Shown here piece by piece: positions 27,680 through 40,470 of a stretch of 64,000 nt of DNA. A model generated the notes under the pieces. That model had not been told where the DNA came from. It ran no database searches and saw only the letters and a list, made by a program, of their open reading frames with translations. The position numbers and the translations under genes were made by a program. The DNA lies in contig CM022677.1 in NCBI GenBank assembly GCA_012295275.1, positions 15,810,001-15,874,000 of the forward strand. Direction: 5' to 3'. Position 1 is the first letter of the stretch. Every line of letters begins with the position of its first letter. The DNA is from Chrysomallon squamiferum (Eukaryota; Animalia; Mollusca).

Positions 27680-28959
27680 CTGAAATATTGAACATAGAAA
27701 AAACTGAGTTGTATAAGCATATAACAAAATACATGCATAAAAATACAATAAATGGTTATAGTAAAAAACCATTTATCTAATTATATATTTCTCTACATAA
27801 AATATTTAAATAAACCTATTTAACAATAAAAAGAAAAACAAATTCCTGACTATAAGACAATTATCTCTCTATTATTTGAAATGTTAGAGATCATACATTA
27901 CTTTACTTTTCATATTACAGAAACACAGACAAGGAAATTCTTATGCTGTGTAAATGAATAAATACACATATTATTTAGTATATCAATACATTTTCTTTGA
28001 GGAAATTTCTTACAAAACCCCAGTTAGAAATGAAGCTCAGATTATTTGCATATAATGGATGCATCATAAATAATCATAACCATAATGCAAAATAAATTCA
28101 ATTATCAAGTTATGAACTAAGCCAAGTAAAACTATCTAAAACATTTGAACATTCTGAATATGACAATGTCTGTGTCTTAATCTTATATGTGGCTCTTACT
28201 ACAGAAATGGGGTTTATGGTCTTTCTGACAAGCCTGGACCCAGTTTCTTCAGTACACTCCTGTACCTCATCATGCAGCTCGAGGACTGTGTAAGCTACTT
28301 AAACACTGCACACTCTGATCAGACTGAGTGAATGTACACTCTGATCTGCATCTACAATGGTAAGCCCTGTTTCTGCAGTCAGAATCACACATAAGAATAA
28401 CAACCCATTCTTCCAGTTAAAGGACACAACTGATTTATACATTTATCAATACACAGCCAACTTCACAATCTCATCAACCAGTGATAGTGAGTCTTCTGAT
28501 TCCTCACTGATCAAAAAGTCAAGTGGAAAGCTTTCCCTGCAGCACAGTGTATTCATTCTTCCTATGACCAATTACTTGTTCAAGATGAATCTAACATGGT
28601 CAGTTTGTCTCAACATCCACAGACAGTGATGTGAAACACCATTAGTAAACATGGGATTTGTTCATTCACACACACAGCAATGTCAAACTCAGTCTGCTAA
28701 TACAAAGACTCCTGTAAAAGTTTATTCAATACAATATGTCCAAGACTGTGCTCATTAAGATTTTTAAGACACTATATAAATAGTTTAGGACAATCTGTTA
28801 CCACTACTGTCTTCTGATCAAAGTGTTTTCTGACTTCCAGAAGCACTGTTTTTCAGGATTAATGTCAAATGGTATATGTCCTTTACCTCACCTTGACCTT
28901 GACCTACATAATTTTGAGTTATCCTTGTGTTAATGGAGTATCAGACTGAAATTACACTT

Positions 28960-31900
28960 ACTGGTTCATCTGGTGTTGGGATTCAGAGAAACGGTGGCTT
29001 CCAGTTATCTCCCCTTGACTGGAAATACATCAGCTGTGGTGGGTGATGTTTGAGGAGGTTTCCTAGGCTTTGTTGGGGATGTTGTCCTCTTTCTGGGAGT
29101 CGCGTCTCTTTCCTCTGCTTTTGAATCATTTAAGTGTTTTTCTTTGGCTGGTTTTACCTCGGCTGGCATTAGAGGTTCAAGTTTTCTCCATCATCACTGA
29201 CATTCGACTGTTGATATTGGTCACCTGGTATAACGCTCTTCAACTTCAGAGCAGTTTAACATGGTCGGCTGCAGTGTTGGTGGGTCTCAAGGTCACCAAC
29301 ATTGAGCTGCTCATTGGTAAAACTTTCACACAACATTAACCAAGAAAGTGGACAACTCACTGGTCTGATTCTGATTGATGGGTGACTTGTCTGAGTAGAT
29401 AAATAAATAAATAAACAAATCAATAAATCTTTCAATAAAATACTGAATCAAATATTAAATAAATAAACAAACAATCAAATAAACAAATCAAATATTAAAT
29501 AAAGTATTAATCAGTTTTCTTTCTTTTTCCCCAAATTCAACAAAGAAATCTATTATTTTATACTGTTATTGTTATAATTACTACAACAAAAACAACAACT
29601 GCTACTACTACAACTACTGCTCATGTTGCCACATAACAATTTCTCATTTAACTGTTACATACTAATTACTATTAGTACTGCTACTACTACAACTAGTAAT
29701 ATGATTACAGCTAGTATTTTTCTGACCATTAGTTCCACAAGATACATTATGATCACAAAGCACCATCGGCTAAAATATCACTGCAAACAAGAACAATTAT
29801 TATCAAGTACTTATGCTATAACAACTACAACAATGGGTTGTACTACTATTACTGCTATTACTATAACAACAACAACAACCTCTGCAGATGGTCCTGTTTC
29901 TGCCAGAAGCAGTTTCTGAAAAACACCAGTCTTTTATTTATTTATTTATTTATTTATTTATATAATCAAACATATTTCTCTTTCTGCAGATACGTATATT
30001 TATATATAATGTTTTATTCTGATATATTTTTTTTTGGTCTGATACTAAATTTGGAAATATACTAAATTCTTAGAATCACCAAATTACAGTAAAAACAAAG
30101 GCAAAACTAATGTTTAAACTTTCAAATCAAAACAAAATAAAGTAGAATGTATTCTGGCAAGTTCAAAACAAAACAAAAAATGGTTTTGATTACCTCTAGT
30201 ATAAATATAAGCCAAAGAGAAATAAAATAATGCTAATGGAAGAATGGAAATATGGAAGAATACTAAATTGTCAATCTATTTACTTTACTTATTATTATAG
30301 ACTCTCCTTACTCTAATCTGCTTTTCTTATTATCAGTATTGAGAATGCATTACCAATACAAAAAGTTAAAAGAAATGAAGCTGATATTTAAACAGGTAAG
30401 TTAGTGTGTGTGTTTCTCCTACCCGTTTTTTTAGAAATGTCTCAGTCTTTTCTGCTGTCTGTGTGTGTCCCATTCTGTTGTTTAGGTAACAACACTTGTC
30501 GGTTTTGTGGTGTATGTCTGAAAAAGTAAAAACAAAGATAATTTAATTTTTTATTGTTTTTATTAGTAACATTATTTACTGCTATATTAGTATCAATGCC
30601 ATTTACTGATACAAATGAATGATTGTTGAATAATCAGTATCTTTTAAACATACTTCATTATAACCTGATTATTGATAAACATAAGTTCTGCTAAAATACA
30701 ACAAATCTGAAACAAAGAAGAAATATTTTATTTAAGAACATACACCACACTTTTTTTTACTAGTTCTTTGTATCTTAAAAGGTAAATAATGATACAGCTA
30801 ATGAAGTGACACCTTTTTTAAACAAGCAACTTTCCACAGAAAAACCAACAGAAAAAAAATCACATACTATGAATTATATTCCTGTTTTGATTTTTTGGAA
30901 CTCAGAAAAAGCAATGTATTTCTCTCCATATCTAGATTCTATTGAGCTTTAGATATTAAAATAGCACTTAATCTCTCAATTAATTTTAACTTTTCTTCTT
31001 TGTATGTTACTCAAATCATGATGCTTATTTGCAGCTAGTTTAGCATATTCTCATTTTAAAACATTTGTATATTATAATATTTCTTGTTGTCTAATTTTCT
31101 CTTATTTAGTGCAAAATGTATTATATTTTAAGTTATTCCACCAAACAACAGGTTCAGTTTGTAAACAAAGGACACTCAGAAGCATTATTAATTACTTCAA
31201 CAACAGCTTTACAAAAAAGTTCATCTTTCAACAATTCATTATTAAAGATCCAAATACCTTGACCTCTCTCTATGAGAAAAATCTATTTTAAGTGATAAAA
31301 AATAGTGATCACTAACTTATACATTACTTATAAACTGTAATAAATTTCTAGAAATTAAAAATAAATCAATTTTTGACACTCTTATACTATAGTTTTTTCA
31401 ACAATTTGAGATCTAGTAAATTGTCTTTTATCTGGATTTCTGTGTTGCCAAATATCAACTAAATTATAATTATAAATGCCTGACTGTAATTCATTACTAC
31501 TATTTATACTGAAAGTTTTATTATTAATGGCTAAATCTATATTAGGATCTAAAATATCAATAAAATCTCCTGCCATTACTGTATTTTTAAAATCCACAAA
31601 TTTACATAATTCTTTAAAAAATAAAATTCTTTCTTCCAATATTATTTGGAACATATACACTTATAAAACTATAGTCATTGTCGTCTATTTTGGCATTAAC
31701 TTTTAAAATCCTGCCTTCATTGTCACAACTATTAAAGGTAAACTTATAAGGATTGTGAAATATAAAATTATCATCACAAAAAAAACCACTCCTTATCTTA
31801 TATATTTCGATTCATAAATTTACTTTATGCTAAGAAATATATAAGAACACAAACTCAACTTCACCTGCTCAGATTTTGTTCTCTTTGTGATGGCAGCAAA

Positions 31901-32663
31901 CTTTAGTTAACCAGAAAATAATTGTGTCCTCAGTATCTGATGGAAGTTCACTGGATGTGTAAAAAGTTGTAATTACTCTGAAAGATTTAAAATTGCTTGT
32001 TCAAAATGCTGCATATAAAGACTGAGCTCTTATTACATTATATAATAAATTATACTAAACATGCACCCCAAATATCATTCTCCTTCTCCCTGTCTCTCCA
32101 TTCCTTCAGCCTCTCTCTCTTTCTCTCATACAATCATACCTTTACATGTGTAACTATAAATATTCTGCAACTTTTCAGCTATCTGTTAAAAATCTGAGTA
32201 GAAGGATGAATATTTTTAAATACTTTCTTTATTGGTAGCATTCTGAAATACTGACCATTATATACGGATCTTTTAAAGTCTGAAACCATCCATTTTAAAT
32301 AATAAAACTGTATTTAGATAGGTAAAAAGATCATTCAGTTTATACTCTAAAACTGAATATTTTTAAAGTATAAAATGAAGAAAATAAACATTAACAGAAT
32401 GTAACAAATTCATTTTAATAAAGAAAATTTAAAATGTTTAGTAATTAACAAAATAATAATATTAAAAAATAAAAAATAAAAAAAGTCAATAAATATAAGT
32501 ATATGTATGTGTATAAATTATAAATATAAATATAAATAAAGAAATGAAACAACAGAATACCTGATGGCCGGGAAAGCAAATTCTACTGAAACAACTTCAC
32601 TGGCATATGCCAACATTAGATCATCAATTAGAGCTGTATGTGTATAGTAAAAAAAAATAATAA

Positions 32664-32698
<35 letters not shown>

Positions 32699-33069
32699 AC
32701 AGTTATAACAAATAGCTAATACTTCTTTATTATTAAGATTTAAATTGTACTGGTATCAGTTACCACAAGATGGGCTGTAGGATATTTTCAATGTACATTG
32801 TTATTAATAAATAATTTTTCTCACCAATGCCTAATCATTATAATGATAATAATAAAATAATTAACAAAACAACAGCAAATAAGTGATTATTATTATATTT
32901 TTTTAATCAATAAATTATAAACAGTTGCTACAAAATTTATTTTTGCTCTCTAAGACACAAAAGTAAAATAAAAAACTCACATCTCAGAATGGTGCAGTCT
33001 GCATAAGAATGGTTTCTGTAACAGGTAATTCATCCTTCTCCATGATGTAAATTGACTTTCTTGACAGAC
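28960..33069 (-). pseudogene. CAMSAP: Partial CAMSAP/Patronin pseudogene with retained introns (exons 33069-32981, ~32644-32561, 31977-31865, 30517-30423, 29390-~28960)
   Basis: LSRKSIYIMEKDELPVTETILMQTAPF*, ALIDDLMLAYASEVVSVEFAFPAIR|VITTFYTSSELPSDTEDTIIFWLTKVC and LEPLMPAEVKPAKEK match CAMSAP1 (ALSRKGIYVMESDDTPVTE; MVDALMMAYTVEMISIEKV...FSTFSASKELPYDLEDAMVFWINKV; EPLMPAVLKPAKEK, recalled). Stops and frameshifts; CH-core and CKK exons not found. Confidence 0.88.
30830..31760 (-). mobile_element. L1/Tx1-clade LINE ORF2 fragment (APE endonuclease and downstream linker) in a CAMSAP-pseudogene intron
   Basis: VMAGDF, LVDIWQHRNPDKRQFT, SKIDLFLIS, VSDH, GIWIFNNELLKD and WWNNLK motifs in broken frames. 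No RT domain seen. Confidence 0.9.
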
Positions 33070-33256
33070 CTGAATAATAATGTACGAAAAATAGCAATAC
33101 CAATAGTAAATATAATAATGTTTATAATTTTTTTGTATATGATATTTGTTGTTATGAATCTACATTTGTCAGATAAATACATTTTTCTGTGCTTATTATC
33201 GTTTGTGAATGTTATAAAAAAATGTATTTAGTAATTTACATATGAAATTGCCAAGG

Positions 33257-33304
<48 letters not shown>

Positions 33305-34255
33305 CTCTCTCTCTCAATACGAGTATGGTTTATACGGTGAATACCTCTTTTTCTGTTTCTTTCACACATACAAAGATACAGTGAATCTGAGTGATGCACA
33401 TTACATCATGTTTACCTCTTTCCATGACTGAAAATGTGAGCATATGTCGCATCCGATTCATGCTTGGATTCACACAAACATAAAACATCCGAATCCATTT
33501 GAATTCTCGTGAAATATTTCCAAAATTCAATTAAACTGAATATCCAACAAGTAAAAAGCTACCGAATTAAAAATAAAAATACTCTGGCTGTCAAACATCA
33601 GTTCACACTGGTTTGAAAAGCGTAGCATACATTCGAATCTGTGTATGTTCGAAACATCGTGGTTTATCGAGACTGGTCTGGCCTGAACGTAATTGTATTT
33701 AGTATTTAACTAAGAAGTAATTAATTTGTTTATTCTTACAAAAATTATTACAAAATTTGTAGAAATTAATTCTGGTTTGAGACAAACATGTGATTTCCTG
33801 TCTATTATCGCAGCCAAAGTATAATTGGTGGTGTTTGAAGAAGTAATTCTCTGTCAGATTATCTCAAGTATCTATTTACAATTAACTCAGATTTTTCAAA
33901 TTAGGACAATTATAATGTATTCATTTCTGAGCTAAAAATGAAATTTTGAAAATAACCATGATAATTATAAATATTATTAATATAAATAAATAAATAAATA
34001 ATTGCGATAATAATTTTAAAAAATAATAATAAATAATAAAATAAATAAATAAAATAAAAATAAAGTTAAATTAAAAAAGAAAAAAGCAGCACAAAAACAA
34101 AAAGAAAAACGGGTTAAAAAGCAGTTTTATCTATTCTTAAAAAAACAAGCAACCCCCCACCCCGAATCTACCACCACAAAACAAAACACTTCCTTTATTC
34201 ATTTATTTTAATTATTATTATTATTATTATTTTATTTTTTTTTTTTTGCTACCAG

Positions 34256-35874
34256 GCCTTTTTCTGAGGAGAACGGATTCTATTGTAAATATACAGAGGA
34301 CTCGAATGTGTCCGTCTATTCGGCCGAGATGATCCGAACGGTCACGATCAGTTTTACGATACTGGGTCAGCGAGACTCGTGGTTTTGTTTATCAAGACTA
34401 CAGTTAACTCCATACCTACCCGGTCTAGAAAGTTAGTGTTTATAAACCGATGTTGGCAAATTAAGGTACGCCGATAAGTCCAATGTATTGAACTACGAAC
34501 AAACCTTTTATATCAAATAAATATCTGAGATTAATACTGGTTCTTGTGTTATATCTTATAGAATACTGGTTCTTGTGTTATATCTTTTTACCATCACACT
34601 TCACAGTTGCCGAAACGGAAATTCGGTCGCGATTTATTCTCAGAAATTCTGACTAAATAATTTATAATTTTAGTATTTTAGGTAACTTTTCATTATTTTT
34701 ATTTTTTATTTTTTTTTAAACTACAATTTATTTTTTAGGGTTATCACTTTACAGGATAAATTAGCCTTCTGCTGACCAGAAAAAAAGCCAAGGATGACCA
34801 CTTGACCATGTGTGTAGTGAAGAGTTCAATGAAGAACAATCACTTCTGCAGTCCTGGCAGTTAAGAGAAATTTGTACAGGCTCAGACAATCATGTGCTCA
34901 ACATGTTTGTAAACAGATGCTGGGTATAATGGACAAGTAATTCAGTTTACTACCAGATTTTATAAATTACTTAATGCCACCTGAGAATGTTTTAATATTA
35001 ATATCGTTAATTACTTCTATAATTTTTATTTGTTTATTAAATTTTTAAAGTGATAAAAAAAAACTGAAGAAAAAAGAAACCAAAAAAAGTTTTTAAAATA
35101 ATAAATTACTTTTGTTTCAGACTCAGAATGTAGAAGTCAGGGTTTGACTTGGGAACAGATTTGTCATAAAGCTGAAGGCAGTTTATATCACTATGGTTAC
35201 TACTTAAAAAAAGTATGAGAAAGGTTAGCATTTGTGTTTCTTTGAACTGTAGTAAAAAGTGCAAGTCTTGTCTCACATGGAAAAGTTCTTGGTTTCACAA
35301 ATAATGAAATACACTTTTTACCTTATTATTATTATTATTATTTATATCTAAATGAGTGTACATCAGTTGATGCCAGTATTACTAAGTATACTGATACTTG
35401 TATTAACAGAATCACTGGATTCACTTGTTCCTGTCCAGCTCGGAAGAAACTTGAAAATGACCCGACAACATGTGTTAGTAAGCAGAATTTCTCATTTCAA
35501 AATTCAATATTATAAAAATAAATTTTTAATATTTTAAAAACATAATTATATTTTGAAATTTGAAGCAATTTATTCTGTAAAATTAGAAATTTCTGATCAT
35601 ATTTAGATTATACTTTTAATATAATTTTATAAATTTTGTTTTATAAAAAAATACTAACAATAATTTAATTTATTTGTTTTAAAATTAAATTTTATTTTCC
35701 TCTCAGTCATTGTCAGTGTAAAGCTGGCTGGGTGGTGTGTGATGTGAAAACAACAGAGATGAATGTAGTGTTTCAACAGTTTCATGTCAAGCAAACAGCA
35801 ACTGCAAAAACCTGCCAGTCTCCTATCATTTGAATGTAAGACAGGATATCACAACTTGTCAAATGAATGTATAG
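34256..35874 (+). pseudogene. Decayed calcium-binding EGF-repeat gene (fibrillin/mucin-like), exons ~34256-34431, 34739-34936, 35121-35212, 35346-35477, 35707-35874
   Basis: DLNECTSVDASITKYTDTCINRITGFTCSCPARKKLENDPTTCV, HCQCKAGW..*CENNRDECSVSTVSCQANSNCKNLPVSY/ECKTGYHNLSNECI and DSECRSQGLTWEQICHKAEGS are EGF_CA-like, with lost cysteines, a stop and frameshifts. Runs into the gap. Confidence 0.85.
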
Positions 35875-35945
35875 GTGAGTAGGGTATACTTAATAAATAG
35901 TTAATTATTCAATTACTAAAAATTTGGTAACAAGTTGAAATTATA

Positions 35946-36145
35946 NNNNNNNNNNNNNNNNNNNNNNNNNNNNNNNNNNNNNNNNNNNNNNNNNNNNNNN
36001 NNNNNNNNNNNNNNNNNNNNNNNNNNNNNNNNNNNNNNNNNNNNNNNNNNNNNNNNNNNNNNNNNNNNNNNNNNNNNNNNNNNNNNNNNNNNNNNNNNNN
36101 NNNNNNNNNNNNNNNNNNNNNNNNNNNNNNNNNNNNNNNNNNNNN
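35946..36145. other. Assembly gap (200 N)
   Basis: Run of N. Adjacency across it is not guaranteed. Confidence 1.
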
Positions 36146-37019
36146 TGAGACAAGATAAATAATATTTTAAATTGTTTTAAAACTCGTAAAAATAACAATT
36201 CAGAAATATGTTTTAAATTTTGTTGTAAAAGAAAGTAATAGATAATAGATATGAAAGACGTATAAAGATAATAAAATGATGACAATTCGATTTAAACACT
36301 GAAATAATATTTACATTAGGAAAAATTAGAATGTAATTTTTATATTCAGTGTTTCTACAACGACATATTGTTTTCATCTACATCCAGTGGTTATTAATTA
36401 TAAAGGTATTTATTTATTTATTTTTTAAACTTTTCTACCCAGTGTTCTACACTTGAACAGTTTTAATATGTTCTTTTCTTTGTTTGTGCACGATGTATAC
36501 TGCAGTCAGATTAGCTTTCTTGGGCGGGGGTTGTTTGTTTTGTTTGGGTCAGTTTTTATATATTTTAATACAAATGTAAATTTTAAATGTTTATTTCACA
36601 GTGACCATTCTAGTAAAGTAGATAAAGGAGTATTTGTAAGTTAGTTTTTAAATTAATTTGTTCCTGTCTGTTTTATGACAGCATTGACTGTCTGACCACA
36701 CTGAGGTGGAGAAACATTTCCCTAGTCACCTCCTTTACTCCTTTTTATCTTTACAGACCTAACACAATAGAAATATGCTGTAACAAAATCGTTTATCATT
36801 GTTAATCTTCATGTATTTAGTCATTTCATAGACGAACAGTATAAATGTGTTTGTCTTGACTCATTATTTCATTACATTGTGTCACTTTTCACTTGATTCA
36901 CTTTAATCACTCTTTAATACAGTTTTAAACAGACACGCACTCACACCACACACACTAATATTAATAATCAAAAGAAATGTTACTACAGTAGAACTGAAAT
37001 TTCACAAATATATTAAAAC

Positions 37020-37635
37020 GTATTCAATTTCATGTTTTTATTTAACATTTCAGGAAAAGACACCCGAAAAAAGCAAAAAATATTTCATGAAAGTAATATG
37101 CTACCATTGCCTGAAAATAATAAAGAAGTCAATTCTTCATGATTCTTAGAATCTAAATTTAACTGATAAAGCCATAAATAACAAATACCGCAAATAAAAG
37201 TAGAAATCCAGCGTTCCCCCGAAATAAAAAAGTATATGAGAGTAGTCTCCCTTCAGCTATAGTTTGTTTCTTTCTTCTGTTTGTGGGGTTCTCAGTGTAC
37301 GTCACTGCACCCCACAGAAAATCGCTGTTAATGAAACGTCGTATATAGTTGTATAAAGAGTAATACATGTAAATGGGTAGGTACGTTCCAGGAATATCAA
37401 TTTTCATACAATATAAACAATATACCGTGTCTATTAATAAATAACTAAAATATAAACAATAAAAATAAATACAGTAGACGCTGTCAAAACCGGATGATTC
37501 ACTGAGACCAACGTGATATACCGGTTTAGACAGAGTGCAGATTTCTAAAGACTAAAATAACATTAAACTGGAATATTTTATTATTACTAATGTTATTGGT
37601 CTATCAGTTGTCAGATGATAAACAGTCTGACATTG
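37020..37635 (-). pseudogene. Class A GPCR (melatonin-receptor-like) C-terminal half, ICL2 to helix 8, intronless
   Basis: CQTVYHLTTDRPITLVII...PVYHVGLSESSGFDSVYCIYF...IPGTYLPIYMYYSLYNYIRR...RRKKQTIAEGRLLSYTFLFRGNAGFLLLFAVFVIYGFI...MLNKNMK follows TM4-ECL2(C)-TM5-ICL3-TM6 and a YGLLNxNF-like helix 8. Frameshifted. Confidence 0.6.
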
Positions 37636-37689
37636 AGTATTGCGTTTTTTTTTGTTGTTTTTTTTGTTTTTGTTGTTGTTGATTTTTGT

Positions 37690-38600
37690 ATTTCTTTCTC
37701 TGTCATGGCCTCCAAGTTTAACATTAATTGCAAAAGCTGCTTTTGATAACAACTGATTTCAGATATTTTTGAAAGAAACTGTTTTAATGTCTTCAATTTC
37801 AGCATCACTGATAAAATCATGATAGAGAACAATTTTCGGTGAGAAATGCAGAATCTCTTTTTTAGCAGGCTTAAGAATTAGAAGCGGATTTTTAATATTG
37901 TAATGGTAGCGACATTTCAAACGATGTCGCCGTCGTACTTCAATAACGTCTTCACCACGACAGAGAGCATCGAAAGTTGTTTTTTCTTTAACTCTGGCAT
38001 TTTTTCTCTTTTCTTTCCTAAGTTTTGATATACTTGAATACTTTTTCCTTCTGTTCGGAGCACGTTCTAATCCACGAGCTAACATTAACTGTTCATTTGA
38101 CAAATTTAAAACTTGTTCTATCTGTCCCGGTAATTCTCTACTGTGTATTTCATAGTCATGAAGTTTTAACCGAGATACGTTCTGAATTTTTCTGTTCTTA
38201 CTTTCTCAAGACTTGTCTCAATCCAGATATGTACAGAAGAAAATATCACTTTTAAATTCCAGGAAATGCGCTGGGTATATTTTACAAATATACTTTTTCT
38301 AAGCTGGAGTCAGTGAGATGGAGAAAGATGAAGTTGATTTTCAATAATTACACCTCAGCCTGTGTTCTTAATTTTCTGGTTATTAATATTTAACCAGTAA
38401 ACTTCAAGAGATGTGGTACTTGTTCGTCCTGTACAACGGCGAGTGTTTTGCGAAGAAACGTTTGGGTGAAACTTGTGAAGACAAGTCGGGCTGTGCAGAC
38501 GTGTAGCTGACTGTCTGGATAACACGTGTTTCGGTAAAAAATCTGCTGTCCAGTTTTGTTCTTCCAAAATCAGTGTCGAGACATAATAAAACATGTATCT
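37690..38600 (-). pseudogene. P4HA: Prolyl 4-hydroxylase alpha-like pseudogene, apparently intronless and lacking the catalytic core
   Basis: FDALCRGEDV...RLKCRYHYNIKNPLLILKPAKKEILHFSPKIVLYHDFISDAEIEDIK is the conserved P4HA segment. Upstream WIETSLEK...HDY...GQIEQVLNLSNEQLML matches the peptide-binding region, and LEVYWLN matches LQDTYNL. Stops and frameshifts; followed by an A-rich tail (37645-37688). Confidence 0.88.
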
Positions 38601-40470
38601 GACATAATAAAACATGTATCTGAGTATTTACTAAAACACGAAACTTTGACGTACAGTGAAGTTTTCTAGACGTAATTTGTGACGATGGACAGAGTTTACT
38701 TTTTATAAACAAATAAGGTTTCAGTTTTATATGAATAAACTGAGGTTCAACCAAATATAGTATAAAGAATATTTGCCTGAAATAATCCTATTATTTCTTT
38801 TGTTACTTTTTTCTTTATATCCTGGTTCAAGTAGTCTTTCTTAATTATAATTTTATTGATCATTTTAATTAATATTATTGTAGTTGTTGTGTTTACAAGA
38901 ATAAATCAATCAATCAATAAATATGATTTTACTTTTAATACCGAATGCACAATTTAAATAAAGGAGATTGGATATTTATATCATATTAGGCGTATTATGT
39001 AGCTGAGAAGGCGGCAGTTTAATCTGATAATTTAAAAGCTGCAGGTAAAATTTTACTGATAACTGGAGGAGAAACATTATTATTTACTTGATAGTAAAGA
39101 CGTTATTGTTATCTTTTAATAGGATTAAATAAATGATATATTTCTTCTAGCTAACTGAAAATATCTTCATATCTCATAAAACACTAGTTCAGGAGGACAG
39201 GCATGTTTTCTATTATGTAACTTACAAAGTATAATATTAATACAATGGATATATCTCCTAGTAGAATAAAATGGACGTGAAATTATCAGTATTTTTTTTA
39301 TGAAGCAAAATAGAGGAAAATATAATAAAACATCACGTTATTTTCACTCAGTGTAAATTTATAATATAAACGTCGCTGGTTTTATGTATTAACGCGAATT
39401 AATGAAATCTGTTCTGCTGTTAATCAAATATCACATTAATCTGGATCTGACCTTTTATTTTATAGTGGCATTCAGCGCTGGACTTCTAAATTCAGAAATA
39501 AATAACTAGATGTACAGGGGAAACCCTCTGTTGTGAAATATTTTTCTGTTAAACTGGATTACAATTTCTTCTTAACAAAAAAATTTAAAATTAATACTGA
39601 ACACGTGAGAAGTTACATTTGACTTGAATTACAAAATTTGAGTTTGCAAAGCAAAGGACATTAAAATTAAAATTCACAGAGATAAGCTAAGTTTTCTGTT
39701 TTGTAAAACGCGACGTAATTCACATTTTATATATAAAACTAGCGACGTTTATTGATACTTAGTGAAAATAACGTGATGTTTTGTTATGTTTTACCTCTCT
39801 TTGGCATCATAAAAGATACAATCTTACCTGAAGCTTTTAAAATATCAGATTAAACTAGCTCCGTCTCAAATACATTTATAATCATACATACTATTAACAT
39901 CCATTATATAAATTGTGCAGTCGATATTAAAATTAAAATTATATTTATTTACTTATTTACTTATTTATTTATTTATTTATTTATTTCAGTTAAAGAAAAT
40001 CAATGTAAATAATTCAAGCTATTTTTGGTTGAATCTCAGTTTATAAAACTGAAATCTTGGTAATTTGTAGAACGTTAATTCCGTCCAGCAACCTGTCCAT
40101 AGTAAACTACACTGTACGTCAAAGTTTCAGTAAATACTCAAATACGATTTGTATCATGACTTGACTTTTGGAAGAACAAAACTGGACAGCAGAATTTTTG
40201 CTGAAACACGTGTTATCCAGACAGTCAGCTACACGTCTGCACAGCCCGACTTGTCTTCACAAGTTTCACTCAAACGTTTCTTCACAAAACACTCGCTGTT
40301 GTATAGGATGAGCAAGTACCACATGTCTTAAATATTCTGGTTGAATATTAATCACCAGAAAATAAAATTAAAAACACAGTCTGTGGTGTAATTATTGAAA
40401 ATCACCTTCATCGTTCTTCTGCTTAGAAAAAGTGTATTTCCTAAAATACATATAACGCTTTGTCTGGAAG
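38300..40470. repeat. Large imperfect palindrome: arms ~38300-39400 (240-bp insert at 39050-39288) and ~39710-40470, ~310-bp spacer
   Basis: 38340-38760 is rc of 40020-40440; 38920-39050 is rc of 39820-39945; 39289-39400 is rc of 39715-39819. Confidence 0.9.

Noticed and set aside
39289-39819. MITE with ~110-bp TIRs (copies at 42065-42607 and 56454-56996)
   Set aside because: The right 'TIR' continues seamlessly into the larger palindrome arm, no TSD is evident, and all copies share flanks, so it is the tip of the inverted duplication rather than an independent insertion.
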